A stretch of DNA of 64,000 bases from an uncultured Sphingomonadales bacterium (GTDB lineage: Bacteria; Pseudomonadota; Alphaproteobacteria; Sphingomonadales; Sphingomonadaceae), in NCBI GenBank assembly GCA_903868245.1, contig CAIPUN010000083.1:3385-67384 (forward strand), in the 5' to 3' direction. Both the position numbers and the translations under genes were made by a program. Shown piece by piece: positions 51,582 through 62,065 of the stretch (position 1 is the stretch's first letter; each line of letters begins with the position of its first letter). Under the pieces are notes generated by a model that had not been told where the DNA came from, did not search any database, and worked only from the letters and a program-made list of their open reading frames with translations.

Positions 51582-52501
51582 GCTCTGGAACCGCCGCCAA
51601 AGCGACCATGCTTACGGTAAATATTCAACCAATCTTCGGCAATGACATCTAACGGCGTCGGCACGATGCCATAGGCAGCCAGACCGTCGGTGCCTGTCAC
51701 CACATTGTCGCTGCCCAGCATTTTAAGCTGGTCGTTGGTAATCGGCGCACCGGGCATCCAGCCAGTCCCCTTGGCGAGAATCTTTGCGGCGATATCGGGC
51801 ACTTCAATGAATAGAGGGTCATGGCCGATAGCCTTGGCGATCCAGCGGTTCAGTCCCATCATTGAGAAGATCTCCGGTCCACCAAGTTCTAGCACGCACC
51901 CATCCTGTTTCCCCAGCGCAGCGGCAACAGCATGTGCTACATCGCCGGCATATACTGGCTGAAACTTTGTGGCCGCGCCAATAACAGGCACGACCGGCAG
52001 CATGCGGATGAGCCCGGCAAAGCGGTTGATAAACTGGTCTTCGCGACCAAACACTATCGATGGACGCAAGATGACAGCCGATGGAAACGCCGCATGAACG
52101 GCAGCTTCGCCGCCCGCTTTGCTTTGGCCATATGCGGCGTCGCTATTTGCGTTCGCGCCTATAGCAGAGATGTGGACCAAAGCGCCGACGCCTGCCTCAG
52201 CTGCGGCCTGTGCCACGATGCCTGCGCCAATATTCTGAACCGCATCCATATCGGCAAAGCTGCCGACAAGATTGACGACTGCATCGGCATCCATCACCGC
52301 GCGCTTAACGCTGGCGGGCTTGCGAATGTCTGTTTCCATCAATTGCACTTGGCCCAAATTGCCCAGCGGCTTGATATGGTTGGCGCTATTGGCGTTGCGG
52401 CTCGCAATACGCAGCCGGGCGCCTTGACTAAGCAGTGCTTGCGCGACGTAGCGGCCTAAAAACCCGCCGCCACCAAAAACCGTTATCAACTTGCCTTGCA
52501 T
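51578..52501 (-). CDS. Complex I NDUFA9-like NAD(P)-binding protein
   Basis: FGGGGFLGRY, HISAIGA, YGQSK, LRPSIVFG, FQPVY. Confidence 0.9.
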   Translation of the reverse strand: MQGKLITVFGGGGFLGRYVAQALLSQGARLRIASRNANSANHIKPLGNLGQVQLMETDIRKPASVKRAVMDADAVVNLVGSFADMDAVQNIGAGIVAQAAAEAGVGALVHISAIGANANSDAAYGQSKAGGEAAVHAAFPSAVILRPSIVFGREDQFINRFAGLIRMLPVVPVIGAATKFQPVYAGDVAHAVAAALGKQDGCVLELGGPEIFSMMGLNRWIAKAIGHDPLFIEVPDIAAKILAKGTGWMPGAPITNDQLKMLGSDNVVTGTDGLAAYGIVPTPLDVIAEDWLNIYRKHGRFGGGSRA

Positions 52502-52695
52502 ATATGCTCCGTGATGCCGCGTTAAATCCTGCGCGCGCTTTGCACCACCGCCAAGCAGCTTTCAAGGCCGACATGTGTATGGCGCGCGCAGCAGTGACAT
52601 TTAATATACCGCGCATGGCGCAGACGTTGACAATATCACCTGATCGCTTAAAGGAGCGCCCCTACCCGACGCGCGGCAAAGCCTGCGTGTCTCGT

Positions 52696-52782
52696 GCCCG
52701 GATGGCGGAATTGGTAGACGCACCAGCTTCAGGTGCTGGCGCTGGCAACGGCGTGGAGGTTCGAGTCCTCTTCCGGGCACCA
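52696..52782 (+). tRNA. tRNA-Leu(CAG)
   Basis: GCCCGGA acceptor stem, GGCGGAATTGGTAGACGC D arm, anticodon loop TTCAGGT, long variable arm, GGTTCGAGTCC, encoded CCA. Confidence 0.97.
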
Positions 52783-52876
52783 TTTTTACCCCATGTTGCG
52801 TTCTTGTTTGCAACCTTTGCCTTTCGCACTATCGAATGTCCGCGGGCCAAGTGGAACCTTTTTGCATAAGGGGGCG

Positions 52877-55057
52877 GTGGTGCCGGGGAATGTCTGTGTG
52901 ATCCGAACAATTGCCATTTTGTATTTGAGCAGCGCAGCAGCGTCGTTGCTTGCCCAAAGCCCTGCGGATGCGAAAGCTAATAATGCGCCGCGCGCGCCGA
53001 TCATAACCGACACTGAATTTGATGCGGCCATCCCTTCGTTGGATGATGCCCCATTGGAAAGCATCGAGGCTTGGCAGGCCGATCAGGAAAATCGTGAGGC
53101 AGACGGTTCTGTCGCGCAGGCTGTTGCTGAACTAGATAATGATGTGGTGGAATTACTGCTCGATCCGCCAGCGACCGACCGACTAATGGACGATTCCTTG
53201 CCGCTGATCGAAAATTTTGATGCAGAACCGCCGCCTGAGCCAACGCTGGACGCGGAGCGCGACGCGGGTGCCGTGCGCTATATCCTGCGTCTTGATGGCT
53301 TGGATGCGATGAGAACGACTGATGTGGCTCAGGACGCTGACGGCATTGCGGTTGAGGCGGCGGCCTGGAATGACGTCCGCTCGCGTTTTTATGACCTTTC
53401 GTCGCTTAAGGATAATGGCGGCCGTGCAGATAGCCGCGCGGAGATTGGCCAACGTGCACGTGCTGATCGGCAACTGTTGCTGGATATTTTGAACGGGCAG
53501 GGCTTCTTTGATGCCGATGTTCAGGTGAAGATCGAAGCGCCGGTAACCGAAGGGGGGGCAGTCAATGTCGTCCTGACGGTATTGCCCGGTCGCCGTTATC
53601 ATTTGGGACCTATCGCTTTTGTAGCCCCAGCGGTGCAGCCTTCTGATCTTATCAGCGGTAACTTCGCACCAAAAACGGGTGATGCAATCGTTGCCGATGT
53701 GATTTTGGCGGCCGAGGCAAACATCTCTGTCGCATTGCCGCAAAATGGCTATCCCTTCGCCAATGTCGGCCAACGCGACATATTGTTGGATAGCAGCGCG
53801 GGAACGGGCGAATATACCTTGCCAATTGACCCCGGCGTACGGAGTTATTTCGGGCAATTGCGTACCGAAGGCACCGCAACATTTGACGCAGGCCATATCG
53901 CAATATTGCGACGTTTTAAAACCGGTGACCTCTACGACAGCCGCAAAGTGGATGACCTGCGCGCCGCGTTGATTGCCACAGGATTGCTTTCTACTGTTTC
54001 GGTCGAAGCCGTTCCGAGTGAAGGCGTGGCACCAGACGGAACGTCTTATGCCGATTTGCGCGTCCGGCAAGAGGCCGCACCGCCGCGCAGTTTGGCGGCA
54101 AGTGCTGGCTATGGGACGGGGCAAGGCTTTCGTGCGGAGGGTAGTTGGACGCACCGAAATCTGTTTCCTCCCGAAGGCGCATTGCGCGTGGCAACATTGC
54201 TTGGCACGCAAGAGCAGGCAGCAAGTGTTGTGTTTGACCGGGGCAATGCCGGACGGCGCGACCGCAATATTGAGATATCCTTGTCGGCACTACACAGCAA
54301 TTATGATGCGTTTGAGGCCTATACTGGTCGGTTGGCAGTTACGATGGCGCTGGTTTCGACCCCAATTTGGCAAAAGAAATTCACCTGGTCGATCGGGGCG
54401 GAAATCTTGGGTACGTCCGAAGATGCCTTTGAATTGGCACGCGGCGTTCGCGACCGGCAGATATATTATGTAGCGGCTTTGCCGGGGCAGATCGGCTTTG
54501 ATCGGTCGAATGATCTGCTGGATCCCGTAATGGGCTATCGTGTGAATTTACGCATATCGCCTGAGGCATCTTTAGGCACGGGCAAACAATTTTATGCGCG
54601 CGCCATATTGGATGGATCTTATTATTTTCCGGTGAAGGACAATATTGTGGTGGCAGCACGCGCCCGCGTTGGAACCATATCAGGCAGTTCACGGGATAAC
54701 CTAGCGCCATCACGCCGTCTTTACGGGGGTGGTGGCGGCTCTGTCCGGGGTTTTGGGTATCAGCGTCTTGGACCATTGGATCCGAACAATGATCCGATCG
54801 GCGGACGCAGCGTGAACGAATTTGCGCTGGAGGGGCGCTATCGCTTTGGAAACTTCGGCGTTGTCGGCTTTGTCGACGCGGGACAAGCCTATGAATCGAG
54901 CATCCCCAAATTTGACGACTGGCGCGTTGGTGCGGGTATTGGTGGCCGTTTCTACACCAATTTTGGGCCCATCCGGCTTGACCTTGCAACGCCCTTGAAT
55001 CGCAGGCCGGGTGACTCCCGCTTTAGCGTGTATGTATCGATTGGGCAGGCATTTTAA
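52877..55057 (+). CDS. tamA: TamA (Omp85 family autotransporter assembly factor)
   Basis: POTRA-like domains, YGGGGGSVRGFGYQ loop, GPIRLD, C-terminal YVSIGQAF. Start uncertain (GTG 52877/52880/52898). Confidence 0.9.
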   Translation: MVPGNVCVIRTIAILYLSSAAASLLAQSPADAKANNAPRAPIITDTEFDAAIPSLDDAPLESIEAWQADQENREADGSVAQAVAELDNDVVELLLDPPATDRLMDDSLPLIENFDAEPPPEPTLDAERDAGAVRYILRLDGLDAMRTTDVAQDADGIAVEAAAWNDVRSRFYDLSSLKDNGGRADSRAEIGQRARADRQLLLDILNGQGFFDADVQVKIEAPVTEGGAVNVVLTVLPGRRYHLGPIAFVAPAVQPSDLISGNFAPKTGDAIVADVILAAEANISVALPQNGYPFANVGQRDILLDSSAGTGEYTLPIDPGVRSYFGQLRTEGTATFDAGHIAILRRFKTGDLYDSRKVDDLRAALIATGLLSTVSVEAVPSEGVAPDGTSYADLRVRQEAAPPRSLAASAGYGTGQGFRAEGSWTHRNLFPPEGALRVATLLGTQEQAASVVFDRGNAGRRDRNIEISLSALHSNYDAFEAYTGRLAVTMALVSTPIWQKKFTWSIGAEILGTSEDAFELARGVRDRQIYYVAALPGQIGFDRSNDLLDPVMGYRVNLRISPEASLGTGKQFYARAILDGSYYFPVKDNIVVAARARVGTISGSSRDNLAPSRRLYGGGGGSVRGFGYQRLGPLDPNNDPIGGRSVNEFALEGRYRFGNFGVVGFVDAGQAYESSIPKFDDWRVGAGIGGRFYTNFGPIRLDLATPLNRRPGDSRFSVYVSIGQAF

Positions 55058-58000
55058 TGGTGTGGCGGCGGGTCGCCATTTGTGTAGCTGCTGTCGCGGC
55101 GCTGCTGCTGGTCCTATTGGCTGGCGCCATGGTTTGGTTGGATAGTCCCTCCGGACGCAATTTTGCCGCACGGCAAATTGCTGCCTTTGAATTTGAAAAT
55201 GGCCTCAATATCCGCATCGGGAAAATTGACGGGTCGATTTATGGCGATGCGACACTTTCCGATGTCCGCTTTCTTGACCCCAAGGGCGAATTTGCCCGTG
55301 CCCCCGCAATCCGTCTCGACTGGAACCCATTATCCTTTTTTAGCCGCGGCATTGCGATCCATGCCCTGACGGCGAAAGAGTTGCAGATAGCGCGCTTACC
55401 TGCGTTTCGTGCGGTCCCTGACCGTGGCGACCCGCTGCTCGCTGATCTTGATATACACATCCAACGGTTGCAGGTAGACCGCATCGTCTTTGCCAAGGCC
55501 ATTACGGGTGAAGAACACATCGCTTCATTGTCCGGCAAGTTACAGATTGCCGATAGGCGTGCGATTATCGACGCGACCACTGGCAGCCTGCGGGGTGACC
55601 GCATCATTTTGAAACTTGATGCCGTGCCCGAAAATAATCGCTTTGATATCGATGTGAAGTTCGATGCACCGGCCAAGGGTTTGTTCGCTGGGTTGGCGGG
55701 TCGCGAAGTCTCGATGAAGGCGAATTTGAGTGGTCGCGGTGACTGGCGCAAATGGGATGGCGCATTGACTGCGCAATTGGCGTCTGCCGACATTGCGGAC
55801 CTTGCGCTGACGGCGCGTGAAGGGACTTTTGCGTTGAAGGGCGCTGCTGCGCCTAACAAAGTCTTGGCCGACAGTTTGCTGATGCGGGCGTTATCGCCGG
55901 TTGCCATTGTAGATATCGCGGCGACTTTTGCTGATCGCGTTGCGAAGATTAGGGGTAATGTCCGTTCTGCCGCAGCGGAGGTTGACGTCGCCGGTGTCGC
56001 CGATTTGGGCGAAGGCAGCTTTGAGGACTTCGCGCTGGATTTCCGCATTCTTCGCCCTGGCATCATTGGGTCAAATGTTAGTGGCGCAAATATTCGCGGC
56101 AAGGCAATGCTCAATGGCGCTTTTGTGGGTCCTACTGTCGCCTATTCCGCTAATACAGGTCGGTTGGCGTTTGATACCACAGCATTTGAGGACGTGACCG
56201 TCACCGGCGAAATGCAAGGAAAGGCAGATCGCTTCATTATCCCTGTTAACGCTAAAGCGCGCCGGGTCACGGGTATCAACCAAGTCGCTGGCGGCTTGCT
56301 GACCAATGTTCGCGTCAATGGCGATCTTGTCATCTCTGATGGGCGACTGCTCTCCGACAATTTGACTATCCGTTCCGACCGGATCAACGCAAAGGCGTTG
56401 CTGGTCGGGGACATCAACAAGGGCGTTTACAGCACGGCGTTAAACGGAAAGCTGGATGGTTTTCAGGTCAACTCGGTCGGCCTATTCAATGTGGTGGCCG
56501 ATGTCGATATCGAAACAAAGCGTGGTCGCGGCTATGCTTTGGTCGGCACCGTAAAGGCGCGTTCAACGCGGCTATTCAGCCCAGGTTTCCAAAATTTCCT
56601 TGGCGGCCAAATGTTCGTCAATGCCGGCATCCGTTATGGCAATAATGGCATTTTGCAGATTACCCGCGCTAGTTTGGTGTCGCCCTTATTTCGGCTCAAC
56701 AGCGGCGACGGCACTTATGTGTCCAACGGCGGACGCGTCCTGTTCAATGGTCAAGGTTATTCCAACCAATATGGCCCTATTCAGTTAGGCATGACGGGTA
56801 CATTCGAGCATCCAGAATATCGCATTACGGCAACCAATCCCGGGCTCGGCATCGGTATGTCGAATGTCGTTGGCATCGTGACGCGCAGCCCGCGCGGCTA
56901 TACCATCGCGATGACGGGTGCGACCGATTATGGCCTGATCAGTGGCGATATCGACGTGCTGTCAGCCAATGGCCCGCTGACGATTGACATCCTGCGCGGT
57001 AACTTTGGAGGCATCAGCGTGACGGGCCGTATCCAACAGGCCGCATCAGGACCCTTTGTGGGGACATTGATGGGTACAGGTTCAGGCTTTGACGGAACCA
57101 TCGCGTTGTCGGCGCAAGGCGCGTTTCAGCGTGCTGTAATCGATGCCACCGCATTCAATGCGGCGCTTTCCGGCGCGCAAAAAATCGCGATCGGGCGTGG
57201 AATGATGAACGCCGACATCATATTATATGATAGCCCGCAGGTCATGGCCGAGGTGCAAGTTGAAAGTGCATTGGTGCATGACATCTCGATCGCCGCAGCG
57301 CGCGTGAAGGTGAATTACAGGGCAGGTTCCGGCACGGCGCAAGTGCTAGCCGAAGGTCGAAACGAGGTGCCTTTTCGCTTAGCTGCCAATGCCGACTTCA
57401 CGCCGCAATTGTGGCGGATTGCCGCTAAGGGCCGCGCCAATAGTGTCAATTTCTCGACCGATGGCGCTTTGCGCATTGTTCCGCGCCGGAACAGTTTTGA
57501 TGTTTTGCCGAGCAATATCAATGTCGCCGATGGCAACTTGCGCATTGCGGGCAGCTATGGCGACGCCCTTGTCGTTCAAGCGCGCATCGACAAGGTCGAT
57601 ATTGCTGTACTCGACCCCTTCTTACCTGGCCTTGGACTTGGCGGGCGGGCTAGCGGCAGTTTGGATTGGTCTCAGTCGTCGTTGTCAGCGTTCCCAAATG
57701 CAAACATGCGGCTGGAGATAAGTCGCTTTGTCCGGGTAAATTTGGGGTCGCGATCACAGCCGGTGGATATCAGCATGATCGGAAGACTGTTGCCCACAGG
57801 CGGTAACGCAGGTTTTGTCATCCGGCGTCGGGGTGCGGCGGTGGGCCGACTTCAGATTGACTTGACAGCTTTGTCGACCGAAAATGCACACTGGACCGAA
57901 CGGTTGCTGGCTGCCCCTTTATCCGGTGGCATTCGTTATAATGGACCTGCCGATATATTGTTTTCCTTGGCTGGGCTTGCGGATCAAAGCCTGACTGGCA

Positions 58001-59217
58001 ATATCGGCGTTGCCGCCGATTTCTCAGGTAAGTTGCAGGCCCCGATTTTGTCCGGCGTCGTACGCGCCAATGATCTTGTGTATGAAAATGATAGCTATGG
58101 CACGCGATTGACCAATCTGCGTGTGCGGGGCGTATTCACAAATGACCAATTGGACGTGACGGAGCTAAGTGCAAAAGCGGGCGATGGCACCGTTACGGGC
58201 AAAGGCATCGTCAACTTAAGTGCAGCTAAAGGCTTCCCTGTGCAGCTAAACCTTGACCTTGATCGCGCCCGCGTTGCGCGCAGCGAATTGATTTCGACAA
58301 CCGCGACTGGCCAGGTCAGCGTCACCAAAACGCCCGATGGTCAAGCGCTGGTCAGCGGCACATTGCGCCTGCCAGAAACGCGGTTCAAGATTATCAGGCA
58401 AGGCGCGGCCAAAGTGGCAACCCTAACTGGCCTGCGCCGCAAGGCGCCGACGGGCCGGTCGCGTGTGTCCGGCGATGCCGATGCGATCAGAAGCCTTCCA
58501 AGCAATTGGAAACTCGACATCAGGCTGGACGCGCCGGACGAATTATATGTGAGCGGTATGGGGCTGGAGTCCGAATGGGGCGCGAATTTGCGGATCACAG
58601 GGACCAGCGACGCGCCGTTGATTTCGGGTGATATGCAACTTGTGCGTGGGACTTTGGGCTTTGCCGGTCGATCCTTTGAACTGGAAAGTGGACGCATCTC
58701 CTTCAATAGCGGACCTGCAAGCAATCCATCCATCCGCGTGACGGCCGCAAGCGAAGTGGATGGAACAACTGTGCGCGTTAATATTGCCGGCACTGGGCAA
58801 AATCCTGCGATTAGCTTTAGCTCAACCCCTGCCTTGCCGCAGGATGAAATCATGGCGCGGATCTTATTCGGTAACTCCATCGCTGAATTGTCGGCCATTC
58901 AGGCGGTCCAGCTTGCCGGGTCACTCAACAGCTTGCGCGGCGGATCGGGTGGAGTAAATCCGCTGGCTGTACTGCAATCGGCGACGGGTCTTGACCGCTT
59001 GCGCCTGCTGAATGCGGACGCGAATAGCGGGCGCGAAATGGCGGTTGCCTTTGGCCAGTATATAACCAATGACGTCTATGTTGAAATCGTCACAGACGCC
59101 CGCGGTTATACCGCGACGCAGTTGGAAATCAGCCTGACCCGTGCGCTTTCAGTTCTGAGCCAGATTGGTACAAGCGGAACATCGAACGTTAATATTCGCT
59201 ATAAAAAGGATTATTGA
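55057..59217 (+). CDS. tamB: TamB (DUF490) translocation/assembly module
   Basis: N-terminal TM, long beta-taenoid region, C-terminal FGQYIT..VYVE...YKKDY; coupled to tamA. Confidence 0.92.
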   Translation: MVWRRVAICVAAVAALLLVLLAGAMVWLDSPSGRNFAARQIAAFEFENGLNIRIGKIDGSIYGDATLSDVRFLDPKGEFARAPAIRLDWNPLSFFSRGIAIHALTAKELQIARLPAFRAVPDRGDPLLADLDIHIQRLQVDRIVFAKAITGEEHIASLSGKLQIADRRAIIDATTGSLRGDRIILKLDAVPENNRFDIDVKFDAPAKGLFAGLAGREVSMKANLSGRGDWRKWDGALTAQLASADIADLALTAREGTFALKGAAAPNKVLADSLLMRALSPVAIVDIAATFADRVAKIRGNVRSAAAEVDVAGVADLGEGSFEDFALDFRILRPGIIGSNVSGANIRGKAMLNGAFVGPTVAYSANTGRLAFDTTAFEDVTVTGEMQGKADRFIIPVNAKARRVTGINQVAGGLLTNVRVNGDLVISDGRLLSDNLTIRSDRINAKALLVGDINKGVYSTALNGKLDGFQVNSVGLFNVVADVDIETKRGRGYALVGTVKARSTRLFSPGFQNFLGGQMFVNAGIRYGNNGILQITRASLVSPLFRLNSGDGTYVSNGGRVLFNGQGYSNQYGPIQLGMTGTFEHPEYRITATNPGLGIGMSNVVGIVTRSPRGYTIAMTGATDYGLISGDIDVLSANGPLTIDILRGNFGGISVTGRIQQAASGPFVGTLMGTGSGFDGTIALSAQGAFQRAVIDATAFNAALSGAQKIAIGRGMMNADIILYDSPQVMAEVQVESALVHDISIAAARVKVNYRAGSGTAQVLAEGRNEVPFRLAANADFTPQLWRIAAKGRANSVNFSTDGALRIVPRRNSFDVLPSNINVADGNLRIAGSYGDALVVQARIDKVDIAVLDPFLPGLGLGGRASGSLDWSQSSLSAFPNANMRLEISRFVRVNLGSRSQPVDISMIGRLLPTGGNAGFVIRRRGAAVGRLQIDLTALSTENAHWTERLLAAPLSGGIRYNGPADILFSLAGLADQSLTGNIGVAADFSGKLQAPILSGVVRANDLVYENDSYGTRLTNLRVRGVFTNDQLDVTELSAKAGDGTVTGKGIVNLSAAKGFPVQLNLDLDRARVARSELISTTATGQVSVTKTPDGQALVSGTLRLPETRFKIIRQGAAKVATLTGLRRKAPTGRSRVSGDADAIRSLPSNWKLDIRLDAPDELYVSGMGLESEWGANLRITGTSDAPLISGDMQLVRGTLGFAGRSFELESGRISFNSGPASNPSIRVTAASEVDGTTVRVNIAGTGQNPAISFSSTPALPQDEIMARILFGNSIAELSAIQAVQLAGSLNSLRGGSGGVNPLAVLQSATGLDRLRLLNADANSGREMAVAFGQYITNDVYVEIVTDARGYTATQLEISLTRALSVLSQIGTSGTSNVNIRYKKDY

Positions 59218-59402
59218 TGCGCAGCCTCCTGCCTTTGCTAACACTGGTGATATCTTCCTTGCTAGCGGCGGGGTGTCAGCAGGACTTTAACAGCCAATAT
59301 GCGGAGACAGAGCGCAAGGTGAGAGCGACAGAAGCAAAAATCGATTCTGAAATGGCAAAAGAAGCCGAGCGCCAGCCTCATCAAAATGGCAAATCGGACT
59401 AA
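59217..59402 (+). CDS. Small lipoprotein of unknown function
   Basis: Lipobox LAAGC after a hydrophobic signal; helical charged tail; TGATG overlap with the tamB stop. Confidence 0.7.
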   Translation: MRSLLPLLTLVISSLLAAGCQQDFNSQYAETERKVRATEAKIDSEMAKEAERQPHQNGKSD

Positions 59403-59464
59403 TGCCCTTGCTTTTGGGACAACGCCCCCTTCACTTTCTGTGTAACCGGTCCTAACAGATAAAC

Positions 59465-60136
59465 ATGTGGCATCTCCATCAATATCCGCTCTGTCCCTTT
59501 TCGCGTAAAGTACGTCTGCTGCTTGGCGAAAAAGGCGTGCCATATAGCTTGGTACGGGAGAATCCGTGGGAGCAACGCGACGAATTTGTGCACATGAACC
59601 CGGCGGGCCGCACGCCCGTGATGCGCGATTCCGAACGTAATATTACTTTGTCCGATTCGGTGGCGATTTCGGAATATATTGACGAAACCGTCCCCACCAA
59701 CCCGATGATCAGCGGCACTGCGCAATATCGCGCCGAAATTCGTCGTCTCGTATCTTGGTTCGACGAACAATTTTATGGCGATGTGACGCAACCGCTTTTG
59801 CATGAACGCATGAAGAAACGACTGATTGATCGTCAGCCGCCAGAAGCCAAAATATTACGAGAAGCGATGAAGTTGGCCAACGGGCATCTCGACTATATTG
59901 ACTATCTCATCGACCACCGTGCGTGGTTGGCGGGATCAACAATGACGATGGCTGATCTGGCGGCAGCGGCGCAGATTTCGGTAGCTGACTATCTTGGCGG
60001 CATCGATTGGAATGGGCATGAACAGACCAAGGCGTGGTACGCCATGTTTAAATCGCGTCCCAGTTTTCGGCCCTTATTGTCCGAACGGATGGAAGTCATC
60101 GCACCTCCCAAGCATTATGAGCATGTCGATTTTTAA
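59465..60136 (+). CDS. fzlA: GST-fold FtsZ-binding protein FzlA
   Basis: LHQYPLCPFSRKVR, NPAGRTPV, EIRRLVSWFDEQF, KSRPSFRPLL and C-terminal PKHYEHVDF, characteristic of alphaproteobacterial FzlA. Confidence 0.85.
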   Translation: MWHLHQYPLCPFSRKVRLLLGEKGVPYSLVRENPWEQRDEFVHMNPAGRTPVMRDSERNITLSDSVAISEYIDETVPTNPMISGTAQYRAEIRRLVSWFDEQFYGDVTQPLLHERMKKRLIDRQPPEAKILREAMKLANGHLDYIDYLIDHRAWLAGSTMTMADLAAAAQISVADYLGGIDWNGHEQTKAWYAMFKSRPSFRPLLSERMEVIAPPKHYEHVDF

Positions 60137-60203
60137 GTCGCGAAAGCGTCTTATTTCCAATCTGCTTTCTGCCCGCGTTGCGTATTGATATCGCCAAATT
60201 GGA

Positions 60204-60222
60204 TATACCAACAGTTGGTATA
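60204..60222. promoter_or_regulatory. Perfect palindrome, possible GntR-type operator
   Basis: TATACCAAC-A-GTTGGTATA; also readable as two TTGGTATACCAA-like boxes. Confidence 0.5.
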
Positions 60223-60351
60223 CTAATCGCTAGCAGTTGCCATAGAGACCGTTCGCGGCGCAATTGTCCATGTCGACCACTGGACCGGTCGGCCGGACCT
60301 CCGCTGTCATGACATCCCAGCGCAGCGGAGGTCCATCCTTGGGGAAGCAAT

Positions 60352-61860
60352 ATGGTGTCGATTGTTTCCACAGTCGCATATCTCGGTTTGGAAGCCCGCA
60401 GCGTTGAAGTGCAATGCCAAGTTGCACCAGGGATGGTCGGCTTCGCGGTTGTAGGTCTTCCAGATAAGGCAGTCGCCGAAAGCCGTGAGCGGGTTCGCGC
60501 CGCAATCTCTGCGCTAGGCTTGGCTTTGCCGCCCAAGCGGATCACCATCAATCTTTCACCCGCTGACCTACCCAAAGAGGGTTCACATTATGACTTGCCA
60601 ATTGCGTTGGCTCTACTTGGCGCAATGGGGCTGGTGGATGCGGAGGCGCTGTCACAATTTGTGGTGGTCGGTGAGCTTGGTTTGGATGGCCGGGTGGCGG
60701 CCTCACCTGGTGTGCTTTTGGCGGCGCTGCATGCCTCGTCTCGCGGACTCGGGTTAATCTGTCCGGCGATGCAAGGGTCAGAAGCAGCTTGGGCTGGTGA
60801 AATCGAGGTTGTGGCTGCACCCGATTTGCTTGGCTTACTGAACCATCTGAAAGGGCAATCCTTGCTACGTCCGCCTGAGCCAGGTGTCGCCGAACCGCGC
60901 CAAACGGGCCCTGATCTGAAAATGGTAAAAGGGCAGGAGACCGCAAAGCGCGCGCTGGAGATTGCTGCTGCTGGGGGGCACAATTTGGCGATGGTTGGCC
61001 CTCCGGGCGCGGGTAAGTCTCTATTGGCGTCCTGCATGCCGGGTATCTTGCCAGAACTTTCGCCTGCTGAGGCATTGGAAGTGTCCATGATTGCATCCGT
61101 TGCCGGATCTTTGGACGGTGGCCGTTTGTTGCGCACACGTCCGTTCCGTGCACCGCATCATAGCGCGTCCATGCCAGCCTTGGTCGGGGGCGGTTTGCGC
61201 ATTCGTCCGGGCGAAGTCAGCCTGGCGCATCTCGGGGTCCTGTTCCTCGACGAACTGCCCGAGTTTCAACGCGGCGTACTCGACAGTTTGCGACAGCCTT
61301 TGGAAACCGGTGAAGTCAGCGTCGCACGGGCCAGCAGCCATGTGACCTTTCCCGCGAACGTCCAATTGGTCGCTGCGATGAACCCCTGCCGCTGCGGGCA
61401 TCTGGGCGATGCGGCTTTGGCGTGTAGCCGGGCACCGCGCTGTGCTGCGGACTATCAGGCGAAGATATCGGGGCCATTACTTGATCGGATCGACCTGCAT
61501 GTAGATGTGCAGGCCGTGCGCGCCGCAGACTTGGTCCTTCCGCCCCCTGCTGAAGGTTCCGCTGAGGTCGCGGCGCGGGTCCATGCCGCGCGCGTTCTAC
61601 AAAGCGCACGGTTACAAGGCACTGGCCTGCGGACCAATGCAGATCTCGATGGTGATGCACTCGCGGCTTTCGCCACGCCAGACGTTGCGGGGCAGAGTTT
61701 GCTATCTCAAGCGGCTGAGGCCATGCGTCTTTCGGCGCGCGGCTACACACGCATATTGCGGGTTGCCCGCACCATCGCCGATTTAGCAAGCGCCGCTGAA
61801 GTTAGTCGTATCCACATTGCAGAGGCGCTGAGTTACCGACGGCAACCCCCGCGTAACTGA
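60352..61860 (+). CDS. comM: YifB/ComM Mg-chelatase-like AAA+ ATPase
   Basis: VGLPDKAVAESRERV, PKEGSHYD, GPPGAGKS, LFLDE, AMNPCRCG, SARGY. Confidence 0.93.
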   Translation: MVSIVSTVAYLGLEARSVEVQCQVAPGMVGFAVVGLPDKAVAESRERVRAAISALGLALPPKRITINLSPADLPKEGSHYDLPIALALLGAMGLVDAEALSQFVVVGELGLDGRVAASPGVLLAALHASSRGLGLICPAMQGSEAAWAGEIEVVAAPDLLGLLNHLKGQSLLRPPEPGVAEPRQTGPDLKMVKGQETAKRALEIAAAGGHNLAMVGPPGAGKSLLASCMPGILPELSPAEALEVSMIASVAGSLDGGRLLRTRPFRAPHHSASMPALVGGGLRIRPGEVSLAHLGVLFLDELPEFQRGVLDSLRQPLETGEVSVARASSHVTFPANVQLVAAMNPCRCGHLGDAALACSRAPRCAADYQAKISGPLLDRIDLHVDVQAVRAADLVLPPPAEGSAEVAARVHAARVLQSARLQGTGLRTNADLDGDALAAFATPDVAGQSLLSQAAEAMRLSARGYTRILRVARTIADLASAAEVSRIHIAEALSYRRQPPRN

Positions 61861-61922
61861 GTAGCCATGCCAGATGCGTTTTGCATTCATGATCAGTGAT
61901 GAAAAGGGCGCCTAAGGCCAGT

Positions 61923-62008
61923 TGGTGCGGATGGCGGGACTCGAACCCGCACGCCCTTTCGGACAACAGATTTTAAGTCTGTAGCGTCTACCATTCCGCC
62001 ACATCCGC
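61923..62008 (-). tRNA. tRNA-Leu(TAA)
   Basis: Reverse complement GCGGATG...ACAGA-CTTAAAA-TCTGT...GGTTCGAGTCC...CATCCGCACCA. Confidence 0.97.
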
Positions 62009-62065
62009 TTAGCCATGCGCAGACAGCATTACGCCCGCAGGGTCAAGTGCCTTTACACAAACGAG

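Noticed and set aside
52733-52876. TamA ORF extension starting inside tRNA-Leu
   Set aside because: It overlaps a bona fide tRNA, and SD-supported GTG starts lie downstream.
61860-62008. Possible integrative element at tRNA-Leu(TAA) or tRNA-Leu(CAG)
   Set aside because: I found no integrase, no duplicated tRNA 3' end and no compositional shift; the flanking genes are core.
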